Of a stretch of DNA of 64,000 nucleotides, positions 50,695 to 64,000 are shown piece after piece. A model generated the notes under the pieces. That model made no database searches, was not told where the DNA came from, and worked only from the letters and a program-made list of their open reading frames with translations. Source of the DNA: Euprymna scolopes (Eukaryota). The stretch lies in NCBI GenBank assembly GCA_053919585.1, contig CM132801.1. One strand, given 5' to 3'. Position 1 is the stretch's first letter. Every line of letters starts with the position of its first letter. The position numbers were made by a program, and so were the translations under genes.

Positions 50695-53529
50695 AGGCTT
50701 ACATTCACGAACATCCGTGGGCTTAGAACTAATTTAGCTGATGTTGAAGCACTTCTCATAACAAATACCCCGGATATCTTAGCACTACACTCCTCCATCC
50801 CCTCTAACTACTTTAACATGCCGTAAGGACTCTGAGAGACATATGCACGGACTTGGAGTCTACATTCGTAATACCCTTCCCTTGACTAGAGAAACAAACC
50901 TAGAATCGAACGATCAAGCCTTTATGTGCTTTAGACTAAACATGCAACATAACATTAGCTACTTTTATTTTCTCTACCGCTCTCCCTCGACCCAGGACTG
51001 TACCATAATAAACAAAGTCTCTGACAGCATAGACACAGCACTCTCCCTTGACACTAGCGCACAAGTACATGTATTTGGTGACTTTAATGTCCACCACAAA
51101 AACTGGCTTGGATTCTCTACTTACACAGACGCAGCGGGCAGCACAACACATAGCTTCTCTATATCTCACTCCCTATCACAAATGGTTACGTTTCCAACCT
51201 GTTTCCCTGACCAGTAATAGCAACACGCATCACTTCTAGATCTGTTTCTGACCACAGTTCCAGATGATTGTATAACGAATGCCGACAGCCCACTTGGAAA
51301 CGCTGATCATGCATTGATAATGGTAGAAATCGCCCTAAACTCTAGACCCAAAACTGAAGAGCCAGTGCACAAAACAACGAGATATTATAAAAAGGCTGAC
51401 TGGGAAGCCATCAGAAATCTTATCAGAGATGCCCCATTGGGAAATTTTTTTCTCTTCCTGCTGAACAGTGCGCCAAGGAGACCACTGAGTGGTTCAAAAC
51501 GGCAATTGAAGCACATGTTCTCATGCGGAAATTTTATAGTAAGCCCCACTCTCCCCAATGGTTTACTTCTACTTGCGCAACTGCCATTGCTCAAAGGCAG
51601 CATGCATACCGCAGATTTAACCGACATAAGTCCAGTTCAAACAAACAGAAGTATATAGAAGCTAGAAGTAACTCTAAGAAAGAAATAGCGACAGCTAAGA
51701 GAAAATTTACTGAAACCACTAAAAAACGCATAGAAGCACAAAAATTAGGAAATCGTGACTTCTGGAAAATCTACAACAGTGTAGTAAATAATGGGCAATC
51801 AACAATTTTCCCACTAATCAACAATCACGAGGTTGTTTGTTCAGCAACCGAGAAGGCTAACATGCTTGCCAAGTCGGTTTGCTTCAAACTCCACACTGGA
51901 CCCTTTCAACCACTCCCTACCTGACTTTCCTATGCGGACGATCTGAAAATCACCCCTGCTCAGGTGATTGCTACCATAAAAAACCTTGACACTTCAAAAG
52001 CATGTGGACCCGATCTCATCCCAGCTGTGCTATTAAAAAAGTGCTCAGCCGAAGTAGCTCCAGTTCTCTCCAAACTCTGCAGTAAATCTTTTAATGAATA
52101 TTGCTTTCCGGGCTGTTGGAAAACTGCTTCTGTGGTACCAGTATTCAAGAATTCTGTCGAAAGAACTGACCCATTAAATTATCGCCCCATTAGCCTCCTT
52201 CCACTTTTTGCTAAAATATTTGAGACCTTAATTAACCATGCTCTAGTCCATCACCTTACAGATGCTAAACTTCTGACTGACCAACAATATAGATTTAGAC
52301 AAGCCCGTTCCACAGCAGACATCTTAACTGTAATCTCTGAACGTATATACCATTCACTGAACAAAGCGGGGGAGGGCAGAGCGGTAGCTCTAGATATATC
52401 TAAGGCTTTTGACAGGGTATGGCATGAGGGTCTTCTCAGGAAAATTAGATCATACGGTATCACTGGTAGAATACTTAACATAATTAAATCCTTCTTAGAT
52501 AAGAGAAAAATCCAGGTTGTCCTCGACGGTCGTACATCTAAATAATATGATATAAATGCGGGAGTGCCTCAGGGGTCTATCCTTGAACCTCTATTGTTCC
52601 TAATATTTATTAATGACCTCCTCGACAAATCTGCCTCTGAGATGGTTATATATACTGATGACACCACACTCTATAACAGGCACGACAGGAAGACGAATGA
52701 ACACATATTTAGGGAAATGGCGGAAACACTAGAGGATGACCTCCAATCTGTAGTGGAATGGGGGAAAATGGATGGTCACGCTCAATGCCGCCAAGACTAA
52801 ACTTGTTTCCTTCAATAATTACAAAAAACCTTCTCTACCACCAATAGCAATGGCCAACGACTCTTTATCTGAGAGTACATCTTTCAAACTTCTCAGCCTA
52901 ACGTTCACAGGAAACATGAGTTGAAATAATTACATTGAAAGCATTGCAAGGGCCGTTGAGAAGAAAGTATGGTCTCTCTACCGCGCTAGAAAACTACTAA
53001 CACCCGAAAGTATCCTGTACCTCTATAAGGCCACCATTCGCCCATGTATGGAGTATTGCTGTCATATTTGGGCTGGTGTATCTGCTACTAGTCTCTCGCT
53101 CCTAGACAAAGTCCAAAGGAGAGTCGCCAATTTGATAGTCCCTGAACTGGCGTCTAAGCTTCAGCCTCTGTCCGATCGACTCTGCCTGTTATACAAGTAT
53201 TTTAATGGTGAATGCTCTGACGAACTGCAAGCACTTGAACCCCCACGACGTAAACACCCTCGACAAACCCGACAGGAAGCTAAATCCCACCCCCACTCAG
53301 TAGAAATCCCTAGATGTAAAAGATCTTTCTACTCCAGTAGTTTCTTCCCCAGAACCGCTAGACTTTGGAATTCCATTCCAGTTCCCTGCTTCCCCAACTG
53401 TACTGACGTGCAGAAGTTCAAGTGTAACGTGAACCGACATCTTGCTGCTCAAATCCCTACATAGTACCCCAGTAGTTGTTGCTCCTGATAGTAGCCCCCT
53501 ACACCAGTGGCAATGTGCCTTGTTTGAGG
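50692..53529 (+). mobile_element. CR1-like LINE ORF2 (APE endonuclease + RT), decayed, family 1
   Basis: FTNIRGL, LYRSPS, GDFNVHH, LDLFLT/DH (APE), then YRPISLL, LDISKAFD, PQGSIL, YTDDT, MEYCCHIW, FFPRT; several stops and frameshifts. The 3'UTR runs into a gap. Confidence 0.93.
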
Positions 53530-53659
53530 NNNNNNNNNNNNNNNNNNNNNNNNNNNNNNNNNNNNNNNNNNNNNNNNNNNNNNNNNNNNNNNNNNNNNNN
53601 NNNNNNNNNNNNNNNNNNNNNNNNNNNNNNNNNNNNNNNNNNNNNNNNNNNNNNNNNNG

Positions 53660-53743
53660 AGTTATGTGTTCATCAACGTTTCGTCTTTATTTCGAGATTT
53701 CCTCTGGGTGAAATAAAAGACGAAACGTTGATGAACACATAAC
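53660..53743. repeat. Hairpin between two gaps, PLE-terminus-like
   Basis: AGTTATGTGTTCATCAACGTTTCGTCTTTATTTC / GAAATAAAAGACGAAACGTTGATGAACACATAACT. Confidence 0.8.
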
Positions 53744-55019
53744 TTGGTCTGTTCCTTTTTATTTCTCTATTTTGTCGGNNNNNNNNNNNNNNNNNNNNNN
53801 NNNNNNNNNNNNNNNNNNNNNNNNNNNNNNNNNNNNNNNNNNNNNNNNNNNNNNNNNNNNNNNNNNNNNNNNNNNNNNNNNNNNNNNNNNNNNNNNNNNN
53901 NNNNNNNNNNNNNNNNNNNNNNNNNNNNNNNNNNNNNNNNNNNNNNTATATTTTATCTCTATAGAGATCTATGAAAAGAGAGAAGAACAGAGTTATAACA
54001 AGTAAAAATTCAACCGAACCAAAAACAGAATTTGTTCCCGATCAACAAAAGAGGCTGACATCATGAATTTATTGAGAAAATTCAGAGGTGTTGATGGAGA
54101 AAATGATTGAGTGAGTTTGATATATTAGTCGTTGTTTATATCCGCCTTCTTTTTTGCATCTTTTTTATTTTTCAAGATGGCGCTGGCGGCGGTCGTTGGT
54201 CCGGCCATTTTCAAAACTGTCCACTTGCTGTAAAATGGCAAACTCACGCAAATCTTTCATTCATTCAGATTGACTGTATTTGTCAGATTAGAAGAAGAAA
54301 ACCCAACGGGAATTCATTCGCCATTCAATTCTGTAAATCTTTTAGTTTTCAAATGGTTTCCAATTATTTTCATTTTCTATGTTGGATTCACTTCTTTTGT
54401 TTTTTATTTATTTTTTTTTTGTATATATATATTTTATTCTTTTTTTTCTGTGAGTTTTGGATGCGAGCTGATTTAAAAAATATTAGTTTTGATGAAAGCT
54501 CGATAATTTTTCAAAACATTCCGGTTTGTCTCATGTTTCTACTTTTCTATTCATCATTCAATTATTTCTTATTTAGGGTTACATCGGCCTGACTTATTCT
54601 TATTCACGCCCCAAAAATGTGTTTCGTCAACAGCCGATTCTTAAATTTTCAAAAATGACAAACTTATATTTTAAAATATTTTTCCTTTTGGCACTTTTTT
54701 CATTCTTTGTCATTTATTGTTCTTTTCTTCTTTTTTATATTTCTTTCTTATTTTTCTGTCATTCTCAAGTTTTCTCCATTTTCTTTCCTTTTAATTTCAT
54801 ATTATTTTCTTTAATTCTCTATATTTAATTTTTTGTTTACGTATTGCGTTTACTTTCGGTACTTTTACTGAATTTGAACCGAACTGTTTTTTAATCTAAC
54901 CCTAACCTAACATTAAATTAAGCCTAACTTTCAACTAAGTCCAACCTCATCCAAACTAACTTTAACCCAGTTTTTAGGTTTAGTTCGAAAAGAGTCAGCT
55001 TTCATTCTTTGTCATTTAA

Positions 55020-56068
55020 AATTTTTCTTTTACTCATGTTCACTCTTTATAAAGCATATCACCACTTGGACGTAAGGGGCTTCTATTTGGGGCCATGACT
55101 AGGAAAGATTAACAAGATATCTGTTTATGTTACATTTAAACTTCTGCATATCAGTACAGCCAGGGAAGAAGCAGCAGGAAGGGAATTTCAAAGTCTAGCT
55201 GTTCGAGGGAAGAAACTATTAGAATAGAAAGCTTTCTGGCATTTAGGGACAACAACAGTGAAGGGGTGAGATCTTATTGCTAAGCGCGTTTGTCGGGGAT
55301 ATGTACGTCGAGGGGGTACAAGTGAAACAAGTTCATCAGAACAAATTCCATTAAAATATTTGTAAAACAGGCACAGTGATGCAACATAGTGGCGATGGGA
55401 CAGGGGCTGGAGCTTAGTTGATAAATTTTGATCGATTAGATTGACAACTCTTTTTTGGATTTTATCTAAGAAGGAGAGAGTAGTGGTAGATGCACCAGCC
55501 CAATATGGCAACAATACTCCAGGCATGGGCGAATGGTGATCTTGTAAAGGTATAGGTTACTTTCAGGCGTGAGCAGACTTCTAGCTCGATCTAGGGAACC
55601 CACCTTCTTTGCAGCAGTCTCTGCAATATCCTCTATATATTTGCTCCAGTTCATATTTCCCACAAATGTTAGATCGCGGAGCTTGGAGGTCGAATTCTCA
55701 GGTAGGGTGCGCTTTGGATATAGGCGGTTGGAGAGGCGTCTTGTAATTGTTAAAGGAGAGCAGCTTAGTTTTACTAGCATTAAATGTTACCATCCATTTA
55801 CAGTCTCATTCCACTTTAGTCTGGAGGTCATTTTCTAACAATTCTGCCATTGTCTTAGATTTATGTACATCTGTTCTTCCCTCATGCATATTATAGAGCG
55901 TTGTATCACCAGCAAATATACCCATCTCGGACACAATATTATCAGGGAGGTGGTTTATAAATATAACGAATAATAATGGTCCAAGGATCGACCCCTGAGG
56001 CACTTCCGCATTAACGTTATGCTGCTTTGATATACGTCCGTCAATGACAACCTGTATGCTTCTATTGT
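55020..56068 (-). mobile_element. CR1-like LINE 3' fragment
   Basis: PQGSILGPLLF, FAGDT, RPCLEYCCHI, LQPLSHR, FFPRTARL on the minus strand. Confidence 0.88.
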
Positions 56069-56924
56069 TATTTCACTTCTTTCTAGTTTATATTTTTTGT
56101 TTTTTCTTTAATTTTCAAGTTTGTATCCATTTTTCTTTTTTTCTTTAAATTCTCTGTCTTAAATTTTTGTTTCTGCTTTGCATTTTACAACATTTTTTTA
56201 TATTTGCGTTTTCTTATGGTATTTTGCAGCATGTGAAATGAACTAAGTTTTAAACTCTAATCCTCATCTGACCCTCAACTAATTCCAAGTTTTAGGCTTA
56301 GTTCAGCCATGTTCGGCCTGGTCCGATTCAAATTATGTAGAAGTCTCTTTTTGTTGTTTTTTCTTTTAATGTTTTTGTTTTGTTGTTTGTTTCATTCGTA
56401 TAGTTTTCTTTCTGTTTCTCTTTATATTTTCTTTTTTCTATTGCTACCCATTCTATTTTTACATATTGTATTCTATTGCTAAAATGTTTTTAAAATATTT
56501 TTATTTCTTTATTTCACTATTCTCAATTTTAATTGTTTTATTCTGTTTTGTTTAATTGTTTATATTTTATTGTTTTTGTCTTTTAGTTTTGTTTATTTCT
56601 TGTTTTTTTTTTCTTTTGAATAAAAAAAATTTCCTTTCATTCTAAAATTTTTCTCTCTTTTTCATGTTTTTTTAAAAAAAAATTATTCTACATTTCTTTA
56701 ATTTACTGTATTTCATTTTTGTTTCTATCTTGCATTTAACAATTTTTATACTCGCGTTCTTTATTCTTTCTTATTTTTTCGGTATTATCTAGAAGAATAA
56801 ATGCAAAAATCGCTGAGTTCAAAACCCATTACTTCAAGTTCACACAATAGCGGTTAATAACTGTTGTCGAATACTTGCCGAGTTATGCCCTTAAGTTATC
56901 CAATTTTGTCAGTTCCACTCATGA

Positions 56925-57381
56925 CAGGGTTCAAAAGAGAGTCGCAAACCTGATAGGTCCTGAACTGTTATCTAGGCTTCAGCCTCTGTCCCATCGACGA
57001 GATGTTGCATCCCTCTGCCTGTTCTAGAACAACTTTAATGGTGAATGCTCTGACGAACTGCAAACACTTGTACCTCCTCGACGTAACTACCCCCGACAAA
57101 CCCGACAAGCTACTGAGTCTCATCCCTTTATAGTAGAGATCCCTAGGTGCAAGAAAGCCTTTTACTCCAATAGTTTGTTCTCCAGAACTGCAGGTCTTTG
57201 GAACTCCCTTCCGGGATTCTGCTTTCCCAACTGTACTGATATGCAGAAGTTAAAGTGTAATATGAACAAACATCTTTCTACTCATCTCCCTTCATAATGT
57301 ACCTGATAATTAAGTCCCTAATAGTAGCCCCCTGCTTCAATGTGGCACTGTGCTTGTTTGAGGTGAAAATTGAAAAAAAAA
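56925..57381 (+). mobile_element. CR1-like LINE short 3' end with A tail
   Basis: VQKRVANLIGPEL.S.LQPLSHRRDVASLCLF; 3'UTR ATAGTAGCCCCC...GGTGAAAAT then an A-run. Confidence 0.88.
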
Positions 57382-57410
57382 GAAACAAAACGAAAAACAA
57401 AAAAAACATC

Positions 57411-58201
57411 TGTTCGAATCTGCTCATAATATTGTTCATTATTGTTTAGGATAAAAGTTAAAGAGATCGTCATTTGGACGATGATCGCCATCACGAGAGT
57501 GAAATAGACAGAATATTACTTAAGAGGGATTGATTATCCAAGAGAACAGCTCAGCAAGTATTTGTTTACATTAGACTTAATGAAGACCGCGTGTTGTGTA
57601 GCAGGGGACTCATTTGTAAGGATGACGGGGTGTTCATATTGGGGCACATATATAACGGGACTCATGTAATACAAACATAACGATAGTGATGATGAAGAGG
57701 AGAAGACATTTATATATATTACAGTTCTTTTAACACATAATAGAGAAGAGGGAGATACTTCACTTATGATGATGGTGGGAGGACACATAATCTTCGAAGG
57801 GTTACACAATGTTCATTATAAGATGATAAACACAATTACTTTTCGTTCGTGATGAAGGATGACATAAGATAACACTTACAACATAAATGATGACTCTTTT
57901 ATTCATCTGATCAGCCGATCGATGACTTGTGGAATTCCCCTTGTATCTACATGGTTAATCTTCTACCTTTCGACTCTAAGCGATTCTCCTCCCAACTCTT
58001 GGCTGATCAACTGACTCTCACCTCAACTCTTGCTGACCGACTGACTAAAATCCGAACCTATAGTATCCTATATGGAGAAATGTCCTTTGTCTATGACGTT
58101 AGAAGTGTGTTTTCAAACGTAACTAAATTTTCACGTGGCTTTACATATGTTTGTCCAACACACTCTTGACAAACAAAAGAATCCTTAATTCTAATCTAAC
58201 A
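57411..58201 (-). mobile_element. Possible solo LTR, about 790 bp
   Basis: TGTTCGAAT...AATCTAACA inverted termini, AATAAA on the minus strand near 57898-57903. Flanks CATC/TATT are not a clean TSD. Confidence 0.45.
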
Positions 58202-59096
58202 TATTTTTAAACAACATAATTTAATTTGCATTGCTCATTCTTTTACTGAATATTTAATATTCAGATTTGTAAAAGAATTAACAATAGACTTGATTTCTAA
58301 CATTCCATTTCTTAACTTTGCCGACAGGGTTCGATTCTAGGCTTATCCTAATCTCATTTTACTTATCTAATATTCTTCTTATTTACATAGTAAGGGGACA
58401 GACCTTTTCCATGTAACACATGTTGCAGTTGGTTAGGAATTAGAATCGTTTTATGTCGTTGCAGAGATGTGATTTTCTAGGAAATAAACTTTGTTAAAGA
58501 AAGTTCCTCTTTTTTGGGGGGGGGCGAGGAAGAGATAGAGAAAGAAGTAGTGAAAGAAAGTTTGTAATTGTAAATAGAAGCGTTATTGCTGTGAATGTTT
58601 TAAAAGGGGGAGGGGCGTTTGAAATTCAGTCCAGCACTTGTCAAGAAAGAATTAGAATTCAAGTAAAATTGTTTTCAAAATGCCATTCTTTCTGAATATT
58701 CACGTATAAAATATTTTGAGTCTTGAAATATTTAGAATCTTTCTTATCTTTTCAAACTTGTAAATAATATTGAGGTCCGATTTAAAAAAAAAATAGAGAC
58801 AGTATTGAATAAGGATCCTGGAAGTCGAGTGGTTGAAAGGGGACACTTTTCAATTGACACCGGTTGACTGCGAACGCACGTGACATTTATAAACCAACAC
58901 ACACAACCTGAATTGTTTGTTTTATTTGTTGATTTTAAATATTAAGGAAAGATTTAAAAAAGTGGGGGGGGGGGAATATATATTTTTTATGTATGGTGCG
59001 TTTTCGAGAGGGGAGGGCTTTCATTATTTTCCACATAAACGAACGTAATTTTTCGAACATAATCTTTACCAGTATTCAATTTCATTTTTTTTTTTA

Positions 59097-61190
59097 GTAA
59101 TTTCCAAGGTAAGCGTGATGATTATCTAGCGTAAAAAATAATTTTGTATCGGCAGTAAAAATGCTTTTTATTTGTTAAATATTATGACATGAGCAGTCAT
59201 TTCGATTTAATTGTTATATTTTAAGCATTGTAAGTGAGAAAACATCACATTTTAAATGTGTCCAAAGTCCGTGAATCAAAGCCAAGATGCCTATCTGTTA
59301 TGAAACCTCGAACTTCATGAAAATCCTTGACCTTGCTAACTAAAAAAACGAAACGTCATCAGCGGAACGAAATGAGAAATTGATTGAGAATACTTGGATG
59401 AAAGCTAAATGGAAACTTCGCCGTCAATACAGCACATCTAGGGCTCTCTTCACTTCATATTTATTTGAAGTTATGTGGCGTGAAAGAGTCGGCCCACATA
59501 AATTTAGCGAGATTCTTTGTTGCATTGCTTCCATCTAAATCTATGAAAAGGAAAGAAAAGAAAAACTGTTTTTTGTACATAAAATATTTTTATAAAAAAC
59601 ATAACCTTAAAATTTTTTTAATACATTCGTCTACATTATTCTAAATAACATTGTTTTGCATAAAATATTTTGATGAAAAACTCTTTTTTGTATATAAAAT
59701 ATTTTTATAAAAACATATGATATTAAAATTTTTTATTACAAATTAAAATTTCTAAATGATATTGCTTTGAATAAAATATTTTTCTGAAAAACTTTTTGGT
59801 ACATAAAATCTATATATCTATAAAAGTGAAGGTGTCTGCGTGTGTATCTGTGTGTGTGTGTATGTGTGTGTGTGTGTGTGTATATGTACATTTCCCTTCA
59901 CAATAACTTTTAAATCTAAAGAATTTTCAGTCAAAAGACTCGAAATTTAATATACAGGGTACTGAGATTTGGGAAAATCTTTGTAATCCGTTTTCGGACA
60001 GAAATTTGGCTGTTAAGGGATCAAAATTCAACGATTTGACCTTTGAGAACTCTATCAAACTTCTCCGACAATTTTGGGTCTAAACACTTGAAATTTTAGA
60101 TATAGATTTCTTGGACATGGATCTAACTTAATAACTTGATTTGAGCCCAAAACAATAAATGTTAAGGGGTCATAATAGGGGTCAAAGTTAAAAAAATTGA
60201 CCTCTGCGGTCTCTTCCAAATTACTCAGACAATTTCTGGTCTAAATATTTGAAATTTTACATAAAGGGTATTCAGAGATAGGGCAAGCTTTTTATCAGTT
60301 TGGGTCGAAAATTTTTAGTTACCAATATATATATATATATAAATGTATGTATGTATGTATGTATGTGTGTTTGCATGTCTGCCTTAAACTTTCAATAGAG
60401 GCGACGGATTTTACCAAGATCAGTATCGTTTTAAAGTTCGACCTTTCATACGACAAATATCGAAAAAGTGGCTAAAAACATTAATATCTTCCCCTTCAGC
60501 TAGGCACTTTTCTACGGGAGAGGGGGTCACTGTTTTCGCCGATATTTTTGAAAGTTATCCTCTCCTTTAGATTTCTAGCCTTAATTAAAAAATGTCGCTT
60601 CCGGTTTGGCGGTGGTCGTAACAGCATAAACGTTAGGTTTTACCCCGTTCTTTCCCTGCTTTGCGGTACGGGTTCGAGCCTGCCTTCCTACTACCCCTTT
60701 TTTGTTTTGCTCACCATACATATCCACACACCCTGGCAACGCCGGGTTGAAATGCTAGTATATTTATAAAATATATTTATAAAATGTTTAAAGTAAAATG
60801 ACGGTTCATGTTTCTAAATAAAATATTTTTGTTAACACATTGTTTTCAATAAAATATTTTTACGGTTGTTTCTCAGTGTGCCTCCAGTTTTCATTTTAGT
60901 TTAAATCTTTCAATTTTGTCTCGTTGCATTTTTCGTTTCATATTCCGACGATTCTCTTTTTAAGTCATCGAGCTGACGTTTTTTTTTTTTTGAGCAGCCG
61001 ATTTACTGCCATTTTAGCGCTGTAAAATGCATGTAAAATGTGATTTTCTTCACTTAAAATATTTAAAATAAAGTAATTTTTAAGTCGAAATGACTACCCA
61101 TGCCATAATATTTAACAAAAACGCATTTTTATTGCCGACACAGAATTATTTTTACAAAAGATGATCATCCCGCTTACTTTGGAGATTATG
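59097..61190. mobile_element. Large foldback/MITE with inverted arms of at least 165 bp, containing AT-rich tandem repeats and a nested Helitron
   Basis: About 59097-59258 is the inverse of about 61030-61190 (CCAAGGTAAGCG.GATGAT...GTCATTTCGA...TCACATTTTA). Confidence 0.7.
59809..60758 (+). mobile_element. Non-autonomous Helitron, 950 bp
   Basis: A|TCTATATATCTATAAAAG start with a (GT)n tract; 3' CCCTGGCAACGCCGGG hairpin then CTAG|T. Confidence 0.75.
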
Positions 61191-61575
61191 TTTTTTTTTT
61201 TTAGGCATTGCAGAAAATTTTAAATATTTATTTTTCAATGTCGGATGCGTGTTTATTTCTTTCTTGGTTCTCATATACTTTTTGTATTTTTGCTTTTACT
61301 TGACTGAAAAAGTTATTCTCATGGACCTTTTTAATTGATTAAATAATTTGAAATAGCAAAAATGAGAACCATTTATATGTTTCCGCGCTATTTTTCCATA
61401 GTATTTTCAAGTTTAATTCAATTTTTACGATGTTTTTGTTTATCGAATTGCTAGTGCAGAATAGTTACAAAAACATCCTCCTCATGTTAAGAATGGCTTC
61501 TAAATAATAATGTTATTATTTTAGCGCGGTAACATCATTTTTTTTATTTTGAATTATGTAATTAAGTAAAAATTT

Positions 61576-62305
61576 GGCACTTCTGCATGTCAGTGAATGA
61601 GGCAAATATGTGTATTTTAGTTTCAAGAACGGCTAACATATGTCGCTTGTCAGCCAAAGTAGAGGGGTTGATAACTCTTCCTTTTCTAAAAGTGCATAAC
61701 AGCTAAAATTATATTTTGCTACATTTTTATACAATCTTTCTGTACAAAAAAATTCTTAAACCTCTATAAACGTTTACTGTTTTTAAATTCTATTTTGCTA
61801 CAGTGACAAACAAAAATTATATTTTGATATGTTTTATACAATCTTACTGTGAAAAAAAACAAACAAACAAAAAATTATTCTTAAACCTCTATAAATGTTT
61901 CATGTTTTTAAATTTTGATATATGTTTATACAGTCTTACTGTGAAAAAAAAAGCAATTTTACTGTAAAAAAATATTGTTCTTAAATCTCTATAAACGTTT
62001 CATGTTTTTAAAATTCTATTTTGCTACATTGTCAAACTAAAATTATATTTTGATACATTAAATCACTCATTGAAAATAAATTATATTAATACATTAAAAT
62101 TATATTTTGATACATTTTTTATTCAATAAATTCGATTTTCATATATTTTTGTGTCATTTAGTTCGTTATATATTTGTGCGTTATCGTAAACACTTGTTTA
62201 TATTTGAGGTTCACGTAATGGCCGCTAGATGTCATTTCTCTTTCGAAGAACAAGGGTCGATAACTCGTCTCTGTTGCTAATATGTCACTGTCATGCAGAA
62301 GTGCC
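61576..62305. mobile_element. MITE with TIRs and internal tandem triplication of about 110 bp
   Basis: GGCACTTCTGCATGTCAGTGA versus TCACTGTCATGCAGAAGTGCC; internal repeats TTCTTAAACCTCTATAAACGTTT x3. Confidence 0.75.
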
Positions 62306-62995
62306 AAATTCTAACCTTCCAATTTACTAGAATATTTTTTAAATTTAGTAATCGAGTAAGAAATGAAATTTTTTACTAAAATATTTTGAAGCAACAAAAA
62401 TAATTTTTGTTTTCATTTATTTATTTTTAGATAGAAAGATAATGAAATTGTTTGCAAACTGATCACGACAGAGTTTCGTTTGTTTATTAAATTAAACTAA
62501 ATATCTAATATTTGATGCATAAAAATTGCCTAGGTCTAGAAGGATTTCTCCTTCACTCACCGAAGACAATAAAGAGGAGCATCCAAAATTCTCATTTAAA
62601 AAAAGATCATGATCTTTACGTTCGTTTATTAAAATGTTTTAAAAGCAGACCCTCCGAGACGCATTAAAAAAAACAAACAAACTCATCCAACATAAAATAT
62701 ATAGTCTCTCCATTTTTGTTTGAATAAATCTTTCCTTTATATTAAAAATCAACAAATTAAAAAACAAAACAACTCAGGTTGTGTATCTTTGTTGACAAAA
62801 TCATTCTTAATATGGGGAGAGTGTTTAACTATTCTCGACTTTTATTTAATAAGCGACCCACTTGCTACGAATTCGTAATAGAGACATGTGAACGAGAAAA
62901 TAAAACAAACCGAAATAAAAAAAACAAGAATAGAAACAGGGATACAAAAAGTACACGAGAACCAAGAAAAAAAAAACTGGTCAGGAGTAGTCCAG

Positions 62996-63555
62996 TCTAT
63001 ATATATAAAAGGCAAAATGTGTGTGTGTGTGCTTGTATGTCTCGCAAAAAATTTTCGACACACATAACAGATCCTGACCAGATCACTTTCAAACTCGATA
63101 TCTTGGACGACAGATATAAAAAAAATTGGTCCCAAAACATTCATTCCTTCATCCTTAACTGGGCAGTTTTGTACAAGGAGGAGTCACTTTTTCGCCGACA
63201 TTTTTCCGAAGTCATCATACGCACTTGCAATGACTAGCCTTAATTTGAATGGCAGTGAAGTCATATGTCATGGTGGCCGCGGAGGTTAAGCGATTTTTTT
63301 CGCCTTCTTTTCCCCCTTCGCATTACAGGTTCGAGCCCGCCTGTCTGCCTACTCTTTTTTTTTTCTTATTTCGAAGCTTACGTGATTGGGATTTTTTTCC
63401 TTTTAAAACAGAAACTGATTTATTTTACCGTTCGCTTAAACTTTTTTTTTCTCACACCTCTCTTCACCCAGGCAGCGTTTATTTTTTTCCTGGTTGTATT
63501 GACGCCTTACTGCACCACCTCTCCACACTCGGACAACGCCGGATACCATCGCAAG
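62996..63555 (+). mobile_element. Non-autonomous Helitron-like element
   Basis: TCTATATATATAAAAGG + (GT)n start; 3' CGGACAACGCCGG hairpin then CAAG|T. The 3' region resembles 60670-60758. Confidence 0.6.
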
Positions 63556-63893
63556 TCTTTTATAAAATGTAACCGGCGGGAAAATATTTTAAAGTTATGT
63601 GCGAAACATTTTCGTAGATGTACTGTAGGCGGTTTTTTTTATTGAAACTAAGAATTTCTTACATAATATAATAACCAACGTTTCACAGATGTTGCCCTTA
63701 AATTAAAATAGTAATAGAAATAATTATTAAAATTATAGTATAAATAATTGAAATTATAATACAAATAATTAAAATTATAATACAAACAATTAAAATGATT
63801 GTATAAATAATAAAAGATTGTAATACAAATAATTAAAAATATAATGGATATAAAATTATATAAAAAAAACAATTGCCCATTAATAATGAACAA

Positions 63894-63965
<72 letters not shown>

Positions 63966-64000
63966 AGCAATCGGTGCCCGGACTTGCCAAGGTGTTTTGA

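Noticed and set aside
54170-54215. CAAGATGGCG (YY1-like) promoter
   Set aside because: It is paired with GCCATTTT in a short hairpin, a pattern common inside DNA-transposon remnants; no adjoining exon is evident.

Overview
AT-rich eukaryotic (invertebrate animal-like) genomic DNA with nine N gaps. The only host gene I can support is the 3' end of DNMT1 (three spliced exons, + strand, 2472-7054). The rest is a dense, nested graveyard of mobile elements: CR1-like LINEs (two or more families), an Hsmar2-like mariner inserted at a TA inside one LINE, a near-intact IR/DR-type Tc1 inside a (TA)n tract, R4/RLE and RTE fragments, solo LTRs, non-autonomous Helitrons, DINE-1/HINE-like elements, MITEs, tRNA- and 5S-derived SINEs, and many Penelope-like (PLE) remnants. 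The most notable signals are RNA-level. (1) A two-copy cassette joins a tRNA-type Pol III promoter to a minimal type I hammerhead ribozyme with a palindromic stem III; one copy lies downstream of a PLE GIY-YIG remnant. (2) A family of foldback PLE derivatives carries hammerhead-like cores on its arms. (3) Three SINE-like elements share one diverged 5S head but have unrelated bodies. All calls were made by eye, with no searches or folding computations; element boundaries without TSDs are approximate.
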